This document shows, piece by piece, positions 7,578-19,013 of a stretch of DNA of 64,000 bases. The notes below the pieces were generated by a model that was not told the origin of the DNA, did no database searches, and was given only the letters and a program-made list of their open reading frames with translations. The stretch is from Saprospiraceae bacterium. Lineage in GTDB: Bacteria > Bacteroidota > Bacteroidia > Chitinophagales > Saprospiraceae. The translations under genes were made by a program, and so were the position numbers. Location: assembly GCA_965215215.1 (NCBI GenBank), contig OZ244043.1, positions 2,610,351-2,674,350 on the forward strand. Reading direction: 5' to 3'. How positions within the stretch are numbered: the first letter of the stretch is position 1; each line of letters starts with the position of its first letter.

Positions 7578-9128
7578 TTAGATGCGCTTGCGGCTACGGC
7601 GGGCCGCCTGGCGGGCCTGGCGCTGCAGCGCGTCGATGGTCTCGCGTACCTCACGGCGCCGGGCGCGTGCCTCGGCCGCGACCGGGGGCGCGGCGCGGAC
7701 CTCGCAATCGGTGAGGGCGCAACGCTCGCAGGTGTTGGCCACCTGACGCGAGGGGAGCCGCGCCGTACTCAGGAAACGCACCTGCCGACGGAGGACCGCA
7801 TCGTGCGGCAGACCGATGCAAACTACGCGTCGCCGACCGCTCGGTTCGCGGTCGGCGAGCGCGAACACGAAGTACTCCTCGTCGGTACCCTCGAAGCGTT
7901 CGAGCTGCACGCCGACGCGCGTGCGGCTTCTTTCCCCCCCGCGCTCCTCGGACTCGTCGGCGAGCAGACGCGAGGCCACCCAGCGGCGGCAGTAGTGCTC
8001 GTCGAGTCCGGTGGAGTGGGGGCGGTGGCGCGTGCCGAGGTGCAGCTCGCGACTCACCTGGATGCCGCCGCCGGACTGCTCGGTGAGCTCGAGCAGGAAC
8101 AGGCTCCGGATCCCGCGGCGGGCGGGCAGCAGGCCGGCGAGTCGGTCGAAGAGCAGCAGCGGCGTCACGGCGAACTCCGTGCACAGTGCGACCAGCTGAC
8201 TCGGCCGGGGCCGCTGCTCGCTGATGAGGCTCTCGATGCCCGCGTCGAGCGCCTCGGCCGGCAGCAGGAGCGCGCCGGCGAAAGCGCTCGAGTTGGCCTG
8301 GGCGAGCGCCTCGTCGAAGCCGCGCACCCGCAGCGAGGGCGCCGTGAGGCTCCGGGTAGCCGGATCGAGGATGGCGTAGCCGAGCTCCTCGGCCAGGTGG
8401 TAGCGGAGCTCCGCGGCGGACAGGCCCGCTTTGAGGAGGGTGGTCCGACTCACCGGAACGAGGACGCGCTCCAAGCCGTCGAAGGCCGGGTGCGCGTCGA
8501 GTCCGCCCACGTCGAGGTGGTAGTCGAAACGCCCGCGGAGCAGTTGCGCGAGCTCCTCGACGCCCGGCACGTGGGCGTCGCTCCAACCGAGCTCCAGGCG
8601 CAGATCGGCGGCGGCCTGCTCGGGCTCGAGCAGGAAGTTCTCGTGCATCTCCAACCACGAACGCAGCGCGCCCACGTAAAAGCTCTCGTCGCGCAGGGCG
8701 TAGTTGCGGGAGAGCTCGAGCAGGGTGGAGATGAAGGCCCCGACGCGGGCCGGCGCGCCGGCGATGATCTCGACGATCTTCGCGAGCTCGATCCCGAAGC
8801 GGTCGAGGGGGAGCTCGTTGAGGAAGTTGGAGCGCAGCAGCTCGGCCACCGGCATCATGGCCGCATCCAGGGTACGGTCGCTGAGCGTACCCGACTCCAC
8901 CTCGAGGGCGCGGGCGAGGTCGGCCATCTTGTCCGGCTTCGGCGATTTTTTGCCCCGCTCGATTTCGTTGAGGTAGCTCACCGAGATACCGGTCAGCGCG
9001 GCGAGCTGCTGGAAGCTCAGTCCGCGGGCCGCCCGGAGCTGGCGGAGCTTGAGGCCGAAGAGGATGCGTTCGTTTTGGGGGCGTAGGGCCATAGGGGAGG
9101 TCGGGCGCCAAAGTAGCTCCATTGACAA
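7578..9128 (-). CDS. XRE-family transcriptional regulator with ImmA/IrrE-like middle domain and Cys-containing C-terminal domain (ScfR/RamB-like architecture)
   Basis: HTH FGLKLRQLRAARGLSFQQLAALTGISVSYLNEIERGKKSP. The middle region aligns by eye to the ImmA position but reads YHLAEELGY. The C-terminus has CERCALTDCEV. The start could be the second Met (MALRPQ). Confidence 0.75.
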   Translation of the reverse strand: MSMELLWRPTSPMALRPQNERILFGLKLRQLRAARGLSFQQLAALTGISVSYLNEIERGKKSPKPDKMADLARALEVESGTLSDRTLDAAMMPVAELLRSNFLNELPLDRFGIELAKIVEIIAGAPARVGAFISTLLELSRNYALRDESFYVGALRSWLEMHENFLLEPEQAAADLRLELGWSDAHVPGVEELAQLLRGRFDYHLDVGGLDAHPAFDGLERVLVPVSRTTLLKAGLSAAELRYHLAEELGYAILDPATRSLTAPSLRVRGFDEALAQANSSAFAGALLLPAEALDAGIESLISEQRPRPSQLVALCTEFAVTPLLLFDRLAGLLPARRGIRSLFLLELTEQSGGGIQVSRELHLGTRHRPHSTGLDEHYCRRWVASRLLADESEERGGERSRTRVGVQLERFEGTDEEYFVFALADREPSGRRRVVCIGLPHDAVLRRQVRFLSTARLPSRQVANTCERCALTDCEVRAAPPVAAEARARRREVRETIDALQRQARQAARRSRKRI

Positions 9129-9210
9129 AGCACTTGCGGTTGTCGGGTCAACGAGGCACCTTCAGGCGGCTAAGCTTGACACCGGCCTAGTGTAGACCTA
9201 CCTTAAACCC

Positions 9211-10254
9211 GTGTACGACCAGCCGCTCAAGCAAGCCAACAAGCCGCCCGGATCGGCGATCTACACGGGCAAACACGATGGACGGGGCTCGGCCTGGCGC
9301 CACATCGTCTACGATGTCGACCGTTGCGACATGCCCGCCTGCGAGATCCCCCCGCCGCCGCCCACGGACGGGCGGGTGGATTGGTACGACTTCCGCGGCC
9401 TCGGCACCACGGCCAGGGCGATCGCCTTCGCGAAGGCCCTAGCCATGCCCGACATGGCGCTCGAGGACGCGCTCGACGTAACGCAGCGCCCGAAGTACGA
9501 GGAGTACCCGGAGGCCTTCTTGTTTATCCTCGACCTCATCCTCATCGATGCGGACGGGAAGCTGACCGAGGAGCAGGTTACCGTGTACTGGAACAAGGAG
9601 TTCGTGCTCAGCTTCCAGGAGCTCCCCGGCGACCTCTTCGCCGGCGTGTGCACGCGGATCGAGGAGGGCAAGGGGCGGATCCGCAAGCGCGGGACCACGT
9701 ACCTCGCCTACGCCCTGATCGACGCGGTGGTCGATCACTACATCGTGACTCTGGAAGACCTGGAGGACGCCATCGACAAGATCGAGGAGTCGATCTTGGC
9801 CGGGGGGAATCCCACGGTGAAATTGCGGATTCACGAGATGAAAAGCAACGTGAACCGACTGCGCCGCTCGATCGTGCCGCTGCGTGAGGCGGTGACGCGT
9901 TGGCAGAAGAGCGACCACCCGAACCGGGAGCCCAAGATGAACGTCTTCATCCGCGATCTGCACGACAACGTGAGTCGCGCCCTCGAGCTAACGGACAGCT
10001 ACGTGATCCGGGCCAGCGACCTGTACTCCCTCTACACCAACGAGATCGGCGTACGCACCAACAACGTGGTCCAGGTGCTCACCGTGGTCTCGACCATCTT
10101 CATCCCGCTCACCTTCCTCACCGGGCTCTACGGGATGAACTTCGCCAACATGCCCGAGCTCTCGCTGCCCTGGGCGTACCCCGCGCTCTGGGTGGCGATG
10201 GTCGTGATCACCGTCGTACTCCTGCTGTACTTCAAGCGGCGCGACTGGTTGTGA
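9211..10254 (+). CDS. corA: CorA-family magnesium/cobalt transporter
   Basis: YGMNFANMPEL (GMN motif) lies between two C-terminal TM helices. GTG start as given in the track. Confidence 0.9.
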   Translation: MYDQPLKQANKPPGSAIYTGKHDGRGSAWRHIVYDVDRCDMPACEIPPPPPTDGRVDWYDFRGLGTTARAIAFAKALAMPDMALEDALDVTQRPKYEEYPEAFLFILDLILIDADGKLTEEQVTVYWNKEFVLSFQELPGDLFAGVCTRIEEGKGRIRKRGTTYLAYALIDAVVDHYIVTLEDLEDAIDKIEESILAGGNPTVKLRIHEMKSNVNRLRRSIVPLREAVTRWQKSDHPNREPKMNVFIRDLHDNVSRALELTDSYVIRASDLYSLYTNEIGVRTNNVVQVLTVVSTIFIPLTFLTGLYGMNFANMPELSLPWAYPALWVAMVVITVVLLLYFKRRDWL

Positions 10255-10255
10255 G

Positions 10256-10960
10256 CTACCCCTTGGGGGCATTGAGGCGAAAGCCCACCCCGTGCACGTT
10301 CTCGATGCTCACCCGGTCGTCGGCGCGCAGGTACTTACGGAGCCGGGAGATGAACACGTCCATGCTGCGCCCGAGGAAGTAATCGTCGTTGCCCCACACC
10401 CGCTCGAGCACGTGCGAGCGCTTGAGCACCTGGTTGGGGTCGCGCGCGAAGAGCGCCAGGAGTTCGAGCTCGCGCTGCGTGAGCCGCCGGTTCTCGCCCT
10501 CCGGGTCCTCGAGCTCGAGGTTGGCGATGTCGAGCACGAAGCGCCCGATGGTGAGTCGCTCGGCCGGGCGCTCGGCGAGGTGGCGTCGGCGCAGGAAGAT
10601 CTCGACCTTGAGTACGAGCTCCTCGATGCTGAAGGGCTTGGTGAGGTAGTCGTCGGCCCCGGTACGCAGGCCCTGGAGTCGATCGTCCGGGAGGCTTTTG
10701 GCGGAGAGAAACAAAATGGGCACCTCGGCGTCGCGCACGCGGATGGCCTCGGCCAGCGCGAATCCGTCCACTCCGGGGAGCATGACGTCGAGGATAGCGA
10801 GGTCGAAGCTCACGCCCGATTTAATGAAGGCTAGCGCCTCCCGCCCGTCGGCGATCGCGTTTACCTCGAATCCGGCAACCTCTAGGTTGTCTTGGGTCAC
10901 GAACCGCAGCGACTCATCGTCCTCCACGTACAGCAACCGTGCTTTTACATCTGTGTCCAT
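10256..10960 (-). CDS. OmpR/PhoB-type response regulator
   Basis: A receiver domain (LLYVEDDESL, DVMLPGVDG) plus a winged-helix output domain ending in HGVGFRL. Start set to MDTDVKARLLYVEDD (cat at 10958-10960). Confidence 0.9.
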   Translation of the reverse strand: MDTDVKARLLYVEDDESLRFVTQDNLEVAGFEVNAIADGREALAFIKSGVSFDLAILDVMLPGVDGFALAEAIRVRDAEVPILFLSAKSLPDDRLQGLRTGADDYLTKPFSIEELVLKVEIFLRRRHLAERPAERLTIGRFVLDIANLELEDPEGENRRLTQRELELLALFARDPNQVLKRSHVLERVWGNDDYFLGRSMDVFISRLRKYLRADDRVSIENVHGVGFRLNAPKG

Positions 10961-12342
10961 CCTGGGCGCTTGTCCGCGCCGAAGATGCGTAAACTCCAGC
11001 GACGCCACGCGGGTAGGCTCCGCTCACGCAGTTCGGGGATGTCGATCCGGAAGGCCGCCCCGCGTTTGCGGTCGCTCTCCAGGCTGAGCTCGTAGCCGTG
11101 CGCGCGGCACACGCCGCCCACGTAAAACAGTCCGAGGCCGAAGCCTTTCACGTCGTGGACGTTGCCCGTGGGTACGCGGTAAAATTTTTCGAACACCTTG
11201 CTGTGTTGCTCGACGGGAATCCCGATCCCCTCGTCGGCTACCGTCACGCGAAAACCGGCGGGGGTGTTCTCGGTGCACACCGTGATCTGCGGCGCTTCGG
11301 GCGAATACTTCACCGCGTTGTCGAGGAGGGCGGAGATGGCGCCGGACAGGTGCATGCGATCCGCGGGGAGGTGCGGGCCATTCGCCCCGAGTTTTAGCGA
11401 GAGCGTACCCCCGAGCTCCTCGATCTTGGCGCGCGGTCCGTCGCAAGTTTCCACGACTAACTCGTTGAGGTCGATGGGCTCCTTCTGCAGCTCGAAGCGA
11501 TTGCGTTCGATGCGGGCGAGCTGTAGCACTTTTTCGACCTGCTCGGTGAGTCGCTCGTTCTGGGAGGCCACGATGTCGGCGTAGCGGGCGAGGCGGGCGT
11601 CGGCCTGGATGGGGCCGGCCCGCTGCAGCACCCCCGCGGCCACCTTGATGGTGGAGAGCGGGGTTTTGAACTCGTGGGTCATGTTGTTGATAAAATCCTT
11701 CTGCATCTCGCCGAGCTGCTGTTGGCGTACGAGCACCCAGGTGGCGTAGGCGAAGAAGAGTACGGTAACCAGCAGCACCCCGCCGAGCGTACTCACCGCG
11801 CCGAGGGAGGCGAGCAGCGAGCTGGCGTGGTCCGGGAAACGCACCCCGAAGTAGTAGATGTACTCGTCGTAGGTGGGGAGCTCCTCGTTGAGCAAATCCG
11901 CCTGCTCGACCGAATCGGGGCGGGCCCGGTAGCTCACGTAATCGCCGTACACCATCTTGTCGGTGTAGCAGTCGTAGATCCCGTAATCGAAGGCCTCCGT
12001 CAGTCCGACCGCCTCGAGCTCGCGGCGCAGGAGGTACTCCAGGTCGTTGGCGTCGATGCTGGCGTTGAGGTTGACCACGTAGTAGTTGGCCGTGATCGGG
12101 TTTATGAGGTCTATGTCGGGCACCGAGATACCCGATTGTTCCTCGAAACCCTGCGCTACGGCGAGCAGCGCCTCCTTTACTTGCTGATCGAACTCCTGAC
12201 TCTTGAGCTGATAAGCCGACCACAGCCAGTAGCCCTGCAGCGCGAACGCCGCCAGGATAGCGATGATGCCGAGGATAACGACCTGGTACAGCGAACGTTT
12301 GCGCATAGGGTGGGGGCGGGCGGGGGGCGTACCGGATAACAT
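10945..12342 (-). CDS. sensor histidine kinase (HisKA + HATPase_c)
   Basis: N-terminal TM segments. H-box NMTHEFKTPLSTI, N-box LLDNAVKYS, G-boxes DEGIGIP / GFGLGL. It overlaps the regulator start by 16 nt. The start may be MRKRSLY at 12306. Confidence 0.85.
   Translation of the reverse strand: MLSGTPPARPHPMRKRSLYQVVILGIIAILAAFALQGYWLWSAYQLKSQEFDQQVKEALLAVAQGFEEQSGISVPDIDLINPITANYYVVNLNASIDANDLEYLLRRELEAVGLTEAFDYGIYDCYTDKMVYGDYVSYRARPDSVEQADLLNEELPTYDEYIYYFGVRFPDHASSLLASLGAVSTLGGVLLVTVLFFAYATWVLVRQQQLGEMQKDFINNMTHEFKTPLSTIKVAAGVLQRAGPIQADARLARYADIVASQNERLTEQVEKVLQLARIERNRFELQKEPIDLNELVVETCDGPRAKIEELGGTLSLKLGANGPHLPADRMHLSGAISALLDNAVKYSPEAPQITVCTENTPAGFRVTVADEGIGIPVEQHSKVFEKFYRVPTGNVHDVKGFGLGLFYVGGVCRAHGYELSLESDRKRGAAFRIDIPELRERSLPAWRRWSLRIFGADKRPGWTQM
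11391..11405 (+). repeat. dispersed word GTTTTAGCGAGAGCG
   Basis: Inside the histidine kinase gene (TLSLKL). Confidence 0.8.
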
Positions 12343-12360
12343 ACGAGACCCCGCCCTCGT

Positions 12361-13224
12361 ATGCCTGCTCCAATGTTGGCCAATTTACCTTTTACCTGGC
12401 GTTGGGCGTCCTACCTGGCCGTCGCGTGCCTTGCCTTCGGCACGGTTCAGACGGCTTTCGCGCAGGTGGGCAGCCCGTTCGACCTATCGCCGCGCCTCGA
12501 TTCCCCCGCGACGGGGGAGCTGGCCGTGCGCACTCCGCCCGCCGGCGCGGCCGACGTTTCCTCGACCGTGGAACGACCGCGGCTGAAGGTGACCAACCGG
12601 GGGCGTTTCGACTTCATTCTCGCCTTCGGCCTGGTGATCCTGCTCACCGTTTCGTTCGTGGCGCAGGGCAACGCGCTCCGTCGCATGTACGCGGCGCTGC
12701 TCAACGATAACCTGCTCGGTCGCCTCCACCGCGAGCAGCGCAAGGGGGCCTACAAGTGGTGGGGGGCCGTGGGGGCCGTGATGTTGGGCTCGTTCATGTT
12801 CGTAGCGCTGCGTCAACTCCGACCCGATACCTTCGGCTACGGTTGGGCGACCCTCGGCGCCTTCGCCGCGAGCGCGGTCGGCCTGGTGGCGCTCCGCCTG
12901 CTCGTGCTCGGTCTGCTCGGGGCCGCCTTCCCCCTCGGGAAAGCGCTCGACGGTTACCGCACGTCTACCTACGTGTGGGTGGCGGTAGTCGGGGTCGCAA
13001 CGATCCCCGCGACGGCGGTGGTGGCCTTCGGCGAAGCGGGCATCGCCAACGCGCTTGCCCACAGCGGCTTAGCCTTGCTCGGTCTGGCGTACGTAGCCTA
13101 CCTGTTACGCGCTACGGCCAGCGCCAGCTCGTACATCCTCGGTTACCCCGTACACTTTTTGTTGTACCTTTGCGCCCTCGAAATAGGGCCGCTGGCGATA
13201 GGCTATCGCACGCTGGTGGGCTAG
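12361..13224 (+). CDS. polytopic membrane protein, DUF4271-like
   Basis: Multiple TM helices. It lies immediately upstream of hemD, the arrangement I recall for DUF4271 in Bacteroidota. Confidence 0.5.
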   Translation: MPAPMLANLPFTWRWASYLAVACLAFGTVQTAFAQVGSPFDLSPRLDSPATGELAVRTPPAGAADVSSTVERPRLKVTNRGRFDFILAFGLVILLTVSFVAQGNALRRMYAALLNDNLLGRLHREQRKGAYKWWGAVGAVMLGSFMFVALRQLRPDTFGYGWATLGAFAASAVGLVALRLLVLGLLGAAFPLGKALDGYRTSTYVWVAVVGVATIPATAVVAFGEAGIANALAHSGLALLGLAYVAYLLRATASASSYILGYPVHFLLYLCALEIGPLAIGYRTLVG

Positions 13225-13251
13225 GCACCAATTTTTTCGAATAAGCTCTGT

Positions 13252-14037
13252 ATGGGATCTAAGAACGGCACCGAGACCGAGGAATATCGTCCCGTCAAAA
13301 CGATTCTCATTTCGCAGCCCAAGCCCGAGCGCTCTCCGTACTTCGATTTGGAGAAGAAGTACGGCATCAAGATAGACTGGCGCCCTTTCATCCAGGTGGA
13401 GGGGCTCGACGCGAAGGAGTTTCGCAAATCGCGCATCTACATCGAGGAGTATTCGGCGATCGTGTTTACGAGCCGCCACGCCATCGAGCACTTCTTTCGC
13501 CTGGCCGAGGAGATGCGCGTGACGGTCAGCGAGGACATGCACTACTACTGCCTCTCGGAGACGGTCGCCAACTACCTACAGAAGTTTATTAACTACCGCA
13601 AGCGCAAGGTTTTCGTTGGCCAAAAAACGGTCGAGCAGCTCAAGCCGGTCTTGCTGAAGTACAAGGCGCGCGAGAAGTTCCTCGTGCCTTGCTCCGATCT
13701 GGGCTCCAAGGATCTCAACGGATTCCTGGCCGATAACGACTTCGACTTTACCGAGGCGGTGATGTACCGGACGGTGTCGAGCGACCTGTCCGACCTCACC
13801 GAGGTCTTCTACGACGTACTCGTGTTCTTCAGTCCGCTCGGCGTGGTCTCCCTGCTGGAAAATTTCCCCCACTGGGAACAGAAGGAGACGCGGCTCGCCA
13901 TCTTCGGCAAGACGACCACGGAGGCCGTTACCGAAAACGGGTTGCGGGTCAACATCCCCGCCCCCTCGCCCGAGGCCCCGAGCATGCCGATGGCCATCGA
14001 GAACTACCTGCAGGCGAGCAACAAACGTCGCCGCTAG
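13252..14037 (+). CDS. hemD: uroporphyrinogen-III synthase
   Basis: KTILISQPKPERSPYFDLEKKYGIKIDWRPFIQVEG and the 261-aa length match the Bacteroidota HemD type. Confidence 0.75.
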   Translation: MGSKNGTETEEYRPVKTILISQPKPERSPYFDLEKKYGIKIDWRPFIQVEGLDAKEFRKSRIYIEEYSAIVFTSRHAIEHFFRLAEEMRVTVSEDMHYYCLSETVANYLQKFINYRKRKVFVGQKTVEQLKPVLLKYKAREKFLVPCSDLGSKDLNGFLADNDFDFTEAVMYRTVSSDLSDLTEVFYDVLVFFSPLGVVSLLENFPHWEQKETRLAIFGKTTTEAVTENGLRVNIPAPSPEAPSMPMAIENYLQASNKRRR

Positions 14038-14047
14038 GCGGCGCCCC

Positions 14048-14677
14048 ATGACTTCCGTTACCCCGGAGTCGGTCGCCGAGCGACTCCGGCGGCCGCTGCC
14101 CGGACCGAACGCGCAGCTCTCCCTGGCCCACCCGGCGCGCACGCTCTTCGTTGCCGACGGGCAAACCCCCCGCGAGGCGGGCGTACTCATCCTGCTTTAC
14201 GAACGGGCGGGCGCCACCTACTTCCCGCTCATCGAGCGGACCTCCCACAACCTGGACGACCGCCACCGGGGGCAGATCGGCTTTCCCGGGGGCAGCAGGG
14301 ATCCCGGGGACGCGGACCTGGTCGCGACCGCCTTGCGTGAGGCCGAGGAGGAGGTCGGGGCCCGGGTCGACCGGCTGCAACTGCTCGGATCACTTTCGGG
14401 GCTGTACATTCCGGTTAGCAACTTCCAGGTAAACCCCGCGGTGGCCTACGCGCGAACGGTACCCGAGTGGCGGCTGCAAGCCTCCGAGGTCGCCCGCCTG
14501 ATCGAGGTGCCGCTCGCGGACCTGTTCGCCGTGGAGGCCGTCAAGTACACCGATCGCCCCCTCGGGGACGGCGCGCTGCGCTTGCAGCGCGTGCCTTACT
14601 TCGACCTCGCGGGTGAGGTGGTGTGGGGGGCTACGGCGATGATCCTGGGCGAGCTGCGCGACGTACTCCTCGCTTAA
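14048..14677 (+). CDS. NUDIX hydrolase (CoA pyrophosphatase-like)
   Basis: Nudix box GGSRDPGDADLVATALREAEEEVG. Confidence 0.8.
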   Translation: MTSVTPESVAERLRRPLPGPNAQLSLAHPARTLFVADGQTPREAGVLILLYERAGATYFPLIERTSHNLDDRHRGQIGFPGGSRDPGDADLVATALREAEEEVGARVDRLQLLGSLSGLYIPVSNFQVNPAVAYARTVPEWRLQASEVARLIEVPLADLFAVEAVKYTDRPLGDGALRLQRVPYFDLAGEVVWGATAMILGELRDVLLA

Positions 14678-14763
14678 AACGCTTCGCCAACAGATCTTTA
14701 ACGAGACGGTAAGGGATCGTGAGCGTTCGACGTTCGATCTTTCGGCACACAAAATCCACGACC

Positions 14764-15330
14764 ATGTCTCGCTTTCAACCCGCTTTGCTCCTCCTGCTAC
14801 TCGTTACCGCAACGCTCGGGAGCGGTTGTAAGAAGGACGAGCCGGACGAGCCGCGTTTCGATGAGCTCAGGCTCGACGGCGACAACGCGACCGGTCCGCA
14901 GCTCGACGCGGGTACACACCGTTTCGGGGTGCGTTTTAGCGAAAGCGAGCTGCGCGATTACGTAGGCGAAGAGCTAACGGGAATCCGGGTGTTCGTGGGC
15001 GCTGCGCCCGTTTCGATGCGGCTCTCGGTGAGTTCCGGGGGGGAGGTGGTGCCGGGCGTAGACCTCGCTACGTTGCAGGTATCGAGCTTCGGGAACGTGC
15101 GGCGGTTCGTCGACTACGACCTGCGTGCTCCGGTGCGTATTGAGGCCGGGGAGGCGCTGTGGCTCGTAGCGGAAGTGGAGCTCGACGGAGACGCCCAGCA
15201 AAGTATCGGCTGCGACAGCGGTCCCCGCCGAGCGGGGGGCGACTGGCTCTGGTCCGGCGACCGCTGGCTCACCTTCGAAGAGCGCAACGGGGAGAGCGTG
15301 AACTGGAACATCCGCGGACTGGTGCGCTAG
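14764..15330 (+). CDS. hypothetical lipoprotein
   Basis: MSRFQPALLLLLLVTATLGSGC carries a lipobox. Start moved to the ATG at 14764. No family recognised. Confidence 0.5.
   Translation: MSRFQPALLLLLLVTATLGSGCKKDEPDEPRFDELRLDGDNATGPQLDAGTHRFGVRFSESELRDYVGEELTGIRVFVGAAPVSMRLSVSSGGEVVPGVDLATLQVSSFGNVRRFVDYDLRAPVRIEAGEALWLVAEVELDGDAQQSIGCDSGPRRAGGDWLWSGDRWLTFEERNGESVNWNIRGLVR
14933..14947 (+). repeat. dispersed word, exact GTTTTAGCGAAAGCG
   Basis: Inside the lipoprotein gene (RFSESE). Confidence 0.9.
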
Positions 15331-15986
15331 TCTTTTTTCTTAAAGTCACCGTCTTTCCAAGACTTGAAAAACTGTCCCCAGGCCACCGGCGAGAAGATGT
15401 TCATCGGCGGCGTTTGCCCGACGTAGTAGCTGCGGCGGGCCTGCTGACGCAGGTAAAAATCGGCCGACTCGTCCCCGTCGGGCAGCACTTCCTTGCGCGC
15501 TTGTTGCAGCCGCTCTTCGGCGAGGTTGACCTGGGCTTTGCGCTGCAGCTCGCTGCTCACGTCCATGGCCAAAAACTCGAGCTTGAAGTGCTCGCGGCTC
15601 GGCCAGGGGAAGATGACGGCGGTGGGCAGGTTGACCGTATCCTGCGAGAGCAGCTGCACGACGGAGTAGCGCTGCTCGCCGAGGGTGTCCGGCACCACGA
15701 GCGAGGCCGCCTCGAAGCCTACCGCCGTGAAGCGGATGGTGTCGCCTTCCTTGACGACGATGGAGAAGAAGCCGGAGAAATCGGAGTAGGTGCCCCGCCC
15801 CGAGCCCTGTACGTAAATGTTCGCGTAGGGAATACTCGCCAACTCCTCCTGGGAGCCGTCCAGTACGAGGCCGGAGAGTTGTACGAGGGCCGTGTCCGGG
15901 GCTTGCGCCAAAACGGGTTGCGCCAGGGCACCGATCAGGACCAAAAGTCCGGCGGCGGCGTGGCGGAAGCGGAGCGACAGATGCAT
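15327..15986 (-). CDS. carboxypeptidase-regulatory-like domain protein
   Basis: Signal peptide. LSGLVLDGSQEELASIPYANIYVQGSGRGTYSDFSGFFSIVVKEGDTIRF resembles CarboxypepD_reg. Start set to MHLSLRF so the gene no longer overlaps lon. Confidence 0.6.
   Translation of the reverse strand: MHLSLRFRHAAAGLLVLIGALAQPVLAQAPDTALVQLSGLVLDGSQEELASIPYANIYVQGSGRGTYSDFSGFFSIVVKEGDTIRFTAVGFEAASLVVPDTLGEQRYSVVQLLSQDTVNLPTAVIFPWPSREHFKLEFLAMDVSSELQRKAQVNLAEERLQQARKEVLPDGDESADFYLRQQARRSYYVGQTPPMNIFSPVAWGQFFKSWKDGDFKKKD
15901..15914 (-). repeat. dispersed word (GCTTGCGCCAAAAC)
   Basis: In the signal-peptide end of 15327..15986 (VLAQA). Confidence 0.85.
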
Positions 15987-15996
15987 AGCGTAAAGA

Positions 15997-18420
<2,424 letters not shown>

Positions 18421-18453
18421 AGGTAAGGGCTCGATTGGCCTCGTGCTAGGTTA

Positions 18454-18936
18454 GTGCATCGCTTCCCCGATCTGAGCGGGGGCGATGCGTCGTTCGTATC
18501 ATGTCGCGAGGCGCCCGCCGAAGTTCTACTTGGTCCACGTGCAGCGTTTCGGGCTGAACGGATGTCTACCACCGAGACGAACCCGCAAATGTTCGACGCG
18601 TGCTGGAGCGAGATCCTCGCGAAGCAGACCGTCACGGGCGTACGCGCGGAGTCGCTCGGTGCGCGATCGTCGGAACCGTCCGACTGGGCGGACCTCCGGG
18701 TATCCCCGAACCCGGTTACCGACGGTCAGCTTACGCTGCGAGGAATCCCCGCCGAGCTGCCAGGAGCTGAGGTATCGTTGGTCGATCTACAGGGGCGTAC
18801 GGTCTTCGACAGCGGACTGGTGCCTGGTCTCGGAGAGAGCGCGACCCTAGATCTGCCGGGCGTAGCCGCGGGATTATACATCTTGTCCATTAAAGCTGCG
18901 GGCGAGATGCACCGCCGGTCGATCGTAGTCCAGTAA
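18454..18936 (+). CDS. orphan T9SS C-terminal sorting domain ORF (possible gene remnant)
   Basis: The C-terminal ~80 aa, VSPNPVTDGQLTLRG...GLYILSIKAAGEMHRRSIVVQ, form a Por_Secre_tail-type CTD. The upstream part has no signal peptide and no recognisable domain. Confidence 0.45.
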   Translation: MHRFPDLSGGDASFVSCREAPAEVLLGPRAAFRAERMSTTETNPQMFDACWSEILAKQTVTGVRAESLGARSSEPSDWADLRVSPNPVTDGQLTLRGIPAELPGAEVSLVDLQGRTVFDSGLVPGLGESATLDLPGVAAGLYILSIKAAGEMHRRSIVVQ

Positions 18937-18962
18937 CTGCGACTACGTTTCCGTAAGGCTGG

Positions 18963-18996
18963 AGCGGGGGTTAGCACGTACGTGCTAACCCCCGCT
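18963..18996. terminator. perfect palindrome between convergent genes
   Basis: agcgggggttagcacg-ta-cgtgctaacccccgct, with 16-bp arms. It lies between the stops of the 18454 ORF and parE. Confidence 0.6.
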
Positions 18997-19013
18997 TCGA
19001 TTTCTTAGCGTTG

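Noticed and set aside
7545-9086. A long plus-strand ORF (513 aa) antisense to the XRE regulator. Similar long antisense or out-of-frame ORFs include 5302..6423, 10292..10834, 16681..17817, 19011..19904, 20088..20969, 21049..22509, 25147..26202, 28938..30581 and 36859..37602.
   Set aside because: Their composition is Arg/Ala/Gly/Pro/Val/Glu-rich with no recognisable motifs. Each is fully overlapped by an opposite-strand or other-frame ORF with clear family signatures. This is the typical high-GC open-frame artefact.
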